Assembly: GCF_022758295.1 (NCBI RefSeq)
Contig: NZ_JALDWJ010000007.1
Location: 148,940 to 212,939, forward strand
Source of the DNA: Lysobacter sp. CFH 32150
GTDB taxonomy: Bacteria; Pseudomonadota; Gammaproteobacteria; Xanthomonadales; Xanthomonadaceae
Length of the DNA: 64,000 nt
Reading direction: 5' to 3'
Positions within the stretch are counted from its first letter, which is position 1, and each line of letters starts with the position of its first letter. Below, piece by piece: positions 62,316 through 64,000 of this stretch. The notes under the pieces are model-generated. The model made no database searches, had not been told where the DNA came from, and saw nothing but the letters and a program-made list of their open reading frames with translations. A program made the translations under genes and the position numbers.

Positions 62316-62893
62316 GGCCCACGCTGCTCCTGCACAGCCTTGCCTTGCGCTACAAACTGGACGAATCCGGCGAGGAAATCCCGCAACTGCGTGCGCACGG
62401 TCTCGTCCACCAACGCGCCATCGGCGTCGAACACATTGCCCGCGCGCGAAACCATCAGGCGGCCACCGAACCATGTGTTTGCGCGCAGCGTGCGCAGCAC
62501 CGGCCACCACGCGTTCTGCGACAGGATGGTGCCGAACCCACCGGGCGAGGCCCCCATCACCGCCACCGGACGATTGCCGAACACCTGTGGGATCTCCGAT
62601 GCCGGACGCGACAGCCAGTCGATCGCGTTCTTGAACACGCCGGGGATGCCATTGTTGTATTCGGGCGTCGCCAGCAGCAGGCCGTCGCAGGCGAGCACTT
62701 GCCCCTTCAGTATCTGCACGGACGGCGGCAGGCCTTCGGCGGCTTCCACGTCGCCGTCGTACAAGGGAATGCCACGCACGGTTGCGGTCTCCAGCGTGGC
62801 CCCATCCCCCATCAGGTCGACACCTGCCCGCAACAGCGCCGTGTTGTAGGAGCCGCTGCGCAGGCTGCCCGAGATTCCAAGAATGCGCACCAT
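62312..62893 (-). CDS. NAD(P)H-dependent FMN reductase (flavodoxin-like fold).
   Basis: MVRILGISGSLRSGSYNTALLRA... is typical of the SsuE/ArsH/YieF class. Confidence 0.85.
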   Translation of the reverse strand: MVRILGISGSLRSGSYNTALLRAGVDLMGDGATLETATVRGIPLYDGDVEAAEGLPPSVQILKGQVLACDGLLLATPEYNNGIPGVFKNAIDWLSRPASEIPQVFGNRPVAVMGASPGGFGTILSQNAWWPVLRTLRANTWFGGRLMVSRAGNVFDADGALVDETVRTQLRDFLAGFVQFVAQGKAVQEQRGP

Positions 62894-62973
62894 CGACCGC
62901 TCCTGTCGTCACCGTGGACGACATGCTGCGCTTCTTGGCGGGCCGCTACAAACCGGCGGCCATGTCGCGGTAT

Positions 62974-63897
62974 CTAGCCACGCGTGTTCAGTCCGTCCAG
63001 GAAGCGCGCCAGCACCCGCGAAAATTCCTTCGGCTGATCGAGGAAGACTGCATGGCCGGCGTCGTCCACCACATGCAGCGTCGCATCTGGAATGTCCGCA
63101 GCCATCTGCTTCTGCGCCGCGAGCTCGCCCGACGTCGCCGATGCGATCACCAGCGTCGGTTTGTCGATCTTTGCGACCACACCACGTCGATCCCTGGTCA
63201 GCACATCCGACACGAGCATCGATAGCCCGGTGCTGGTAGGTGTCTTCCGCGCCAGTGCGACGAGTTGCGCCTTCTCGTCCGCGGTAAACGGATGCGTGCG
63301 GCTCGCGTCCATCATGCCGGCCAGGTATTCCGCGGGGTACCGGACGTAGATGCCCATGCGATCGAGCAATTGCCTGGTCCCTTCGCGATCGACATCGATG
63401 CTCGCCGAGCCCGCAGCCAGCGCCGAATCCACGAGCACGATGCCCGCCAGGCGATCCGTGCCGGACTGCTCGATATAAGCGGCGATGTCCTGCACGCCCT
63501 GCGACCAGCCCACGAGCACGACCGGCGAATCGCCCAACTGCTGCAACAGCGCCGCAATGTCTTCGGCCCTGCCTTCGGGCGTATTGCGCTCCGTCGTCTT
63601 CGCGGAATCCCCTTGCGAACGCGGATCCATGGCAACGACCCGACGCCCCGACGCCAGCATCGTCATCTGTGGCCCCCAGATCGACGCCGACCACGTCCAC
63701 CCTGGAATGAAGACGACGGCGGGCAGCGAGTTCATCGTTCCGCCATGCAAGTAGTGGATCCTGGCCTCATCCGGCGCCGTCACGAACGCGCTTGAAACTT
63801 GCGCAGTTCGCGCGACGTCGTTCGCGAACACCAGCGACGGAAGCAGGCATATCACCAGGAGCATGTGGTGGGAGCACCGAAGAAACGCGGTCGTCAT
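62974..63897 (-). CDS. Secreted alpha/beta-hydrolase.
   Basis: Signal peptide MLLVICLLPSLVFA and nucleophile elbow GWSQG. Start reset from 63981. Confidence 0.7.
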   Translation of the reverse strand: MTTAFLRCSHHMLLVICLLPSLVFANDVARTAQVSSAFVTAPDEARIHYLHGGTMNSLPAVVFIPGWTWSASIWGPQMTMLASGRRVVAMDPRSQGDSAKTTERNTPEGRAEDIAALLQQLGDSPVVLVGWSQGVQDIAAYIEQSGTDRLAGIVLVDSALAAGSASIDVDREGTRQLLDRMGIYVRYPAEYLAGMMDASRTHPFTADEKAQLVALARKTPTSTGLSMLVSDVLTRDRRGVVAKIDKPTLVIASATSGELAAQKQMAADIPDATLHVVDDAGHAVFLDQPKEFSRVLARFLDGLNTRG

Positions 63898-64000
63898 GGT
63901 CGAGTCTCCAGATGGAAGCGGCCCGTAGATTAGCCTTGCATCGGGCGAAACCCGCGTGCGATTGGTCCCGACCGCTTGCAACGAATTGGCACCCGGACCC

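Overview
This 64 kb window is high-GC (about 67%) gammaproteobacterial chromosome, most likely Xanthomonadaceae (Rhodanobacter/Dyella/Luteibacter-like), judging from gene content and the REP repeats. The conserved backbone is glmS (partial, minus, at the window start), glmU, and the complete F0F1 ATP synthase operon atpIBEFHAGDC (minus, 14.4-21.6 kb). Further backbone genes are the pyruvate-dehydrogenase E3 (lipoyl-Lpd) and E2 (aceF), ompW, a DMT transporter, RtcB, rsuA/rsmC, an ECF sigma/anti-sigma pair, a TonB-dependent receptor, a PQQ sugar dehydrogenase, Lrp, an ABCB exporter, a secreted M36 metalloprotease, a MocR regulator, and an ABC-2 transporter with an alpha/beta hydrolase. Several accessory or unusual features are superimposed on this backbone. 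(1) An 8 kb self-contained, sigma-54-driven cassette sits between glmU and glmS. It comprises a UAS, a -24/-12 promoter, a HlyD adaptor, a 70-aa ORF, an ABC ATPase, two FtsX/MacB-type permeases, a sigma-54 enhancer-binding response regulator, and a histidine kinase. (2) A GtrA/GT2/GT-C glycosylation module sits between glmU and atpC. Together (1) and (2) interrupt the usually contiguous atp-glmU-glmS block twice. (3) A roughly 265 bp MITE-like family with GGGCCTGTTAAC termini is present in three copies, all flanked by TA/TAG, and its ends donate TAG stop codons to three adjacent genes. (4) A signal-peptidase-I (S26) homologue lacking the catalytic lysine (K to A) is inserted between aceF and the downstream gene within a 92 bp direct duplication of the aceF 3' end. 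(5) Two REP families occur in clusters, and one copy supplies the last codons and the stop of rsuA. (6) Two tandem tRNA-like sequences have canonical D and T arms but defective acceptor and anticodon stems. No CRISPR array, integrase or transposase gene was seen. Coordinates of non-ORF features and of re-called start codons are hand-counted and may be off by a few nucleotides.
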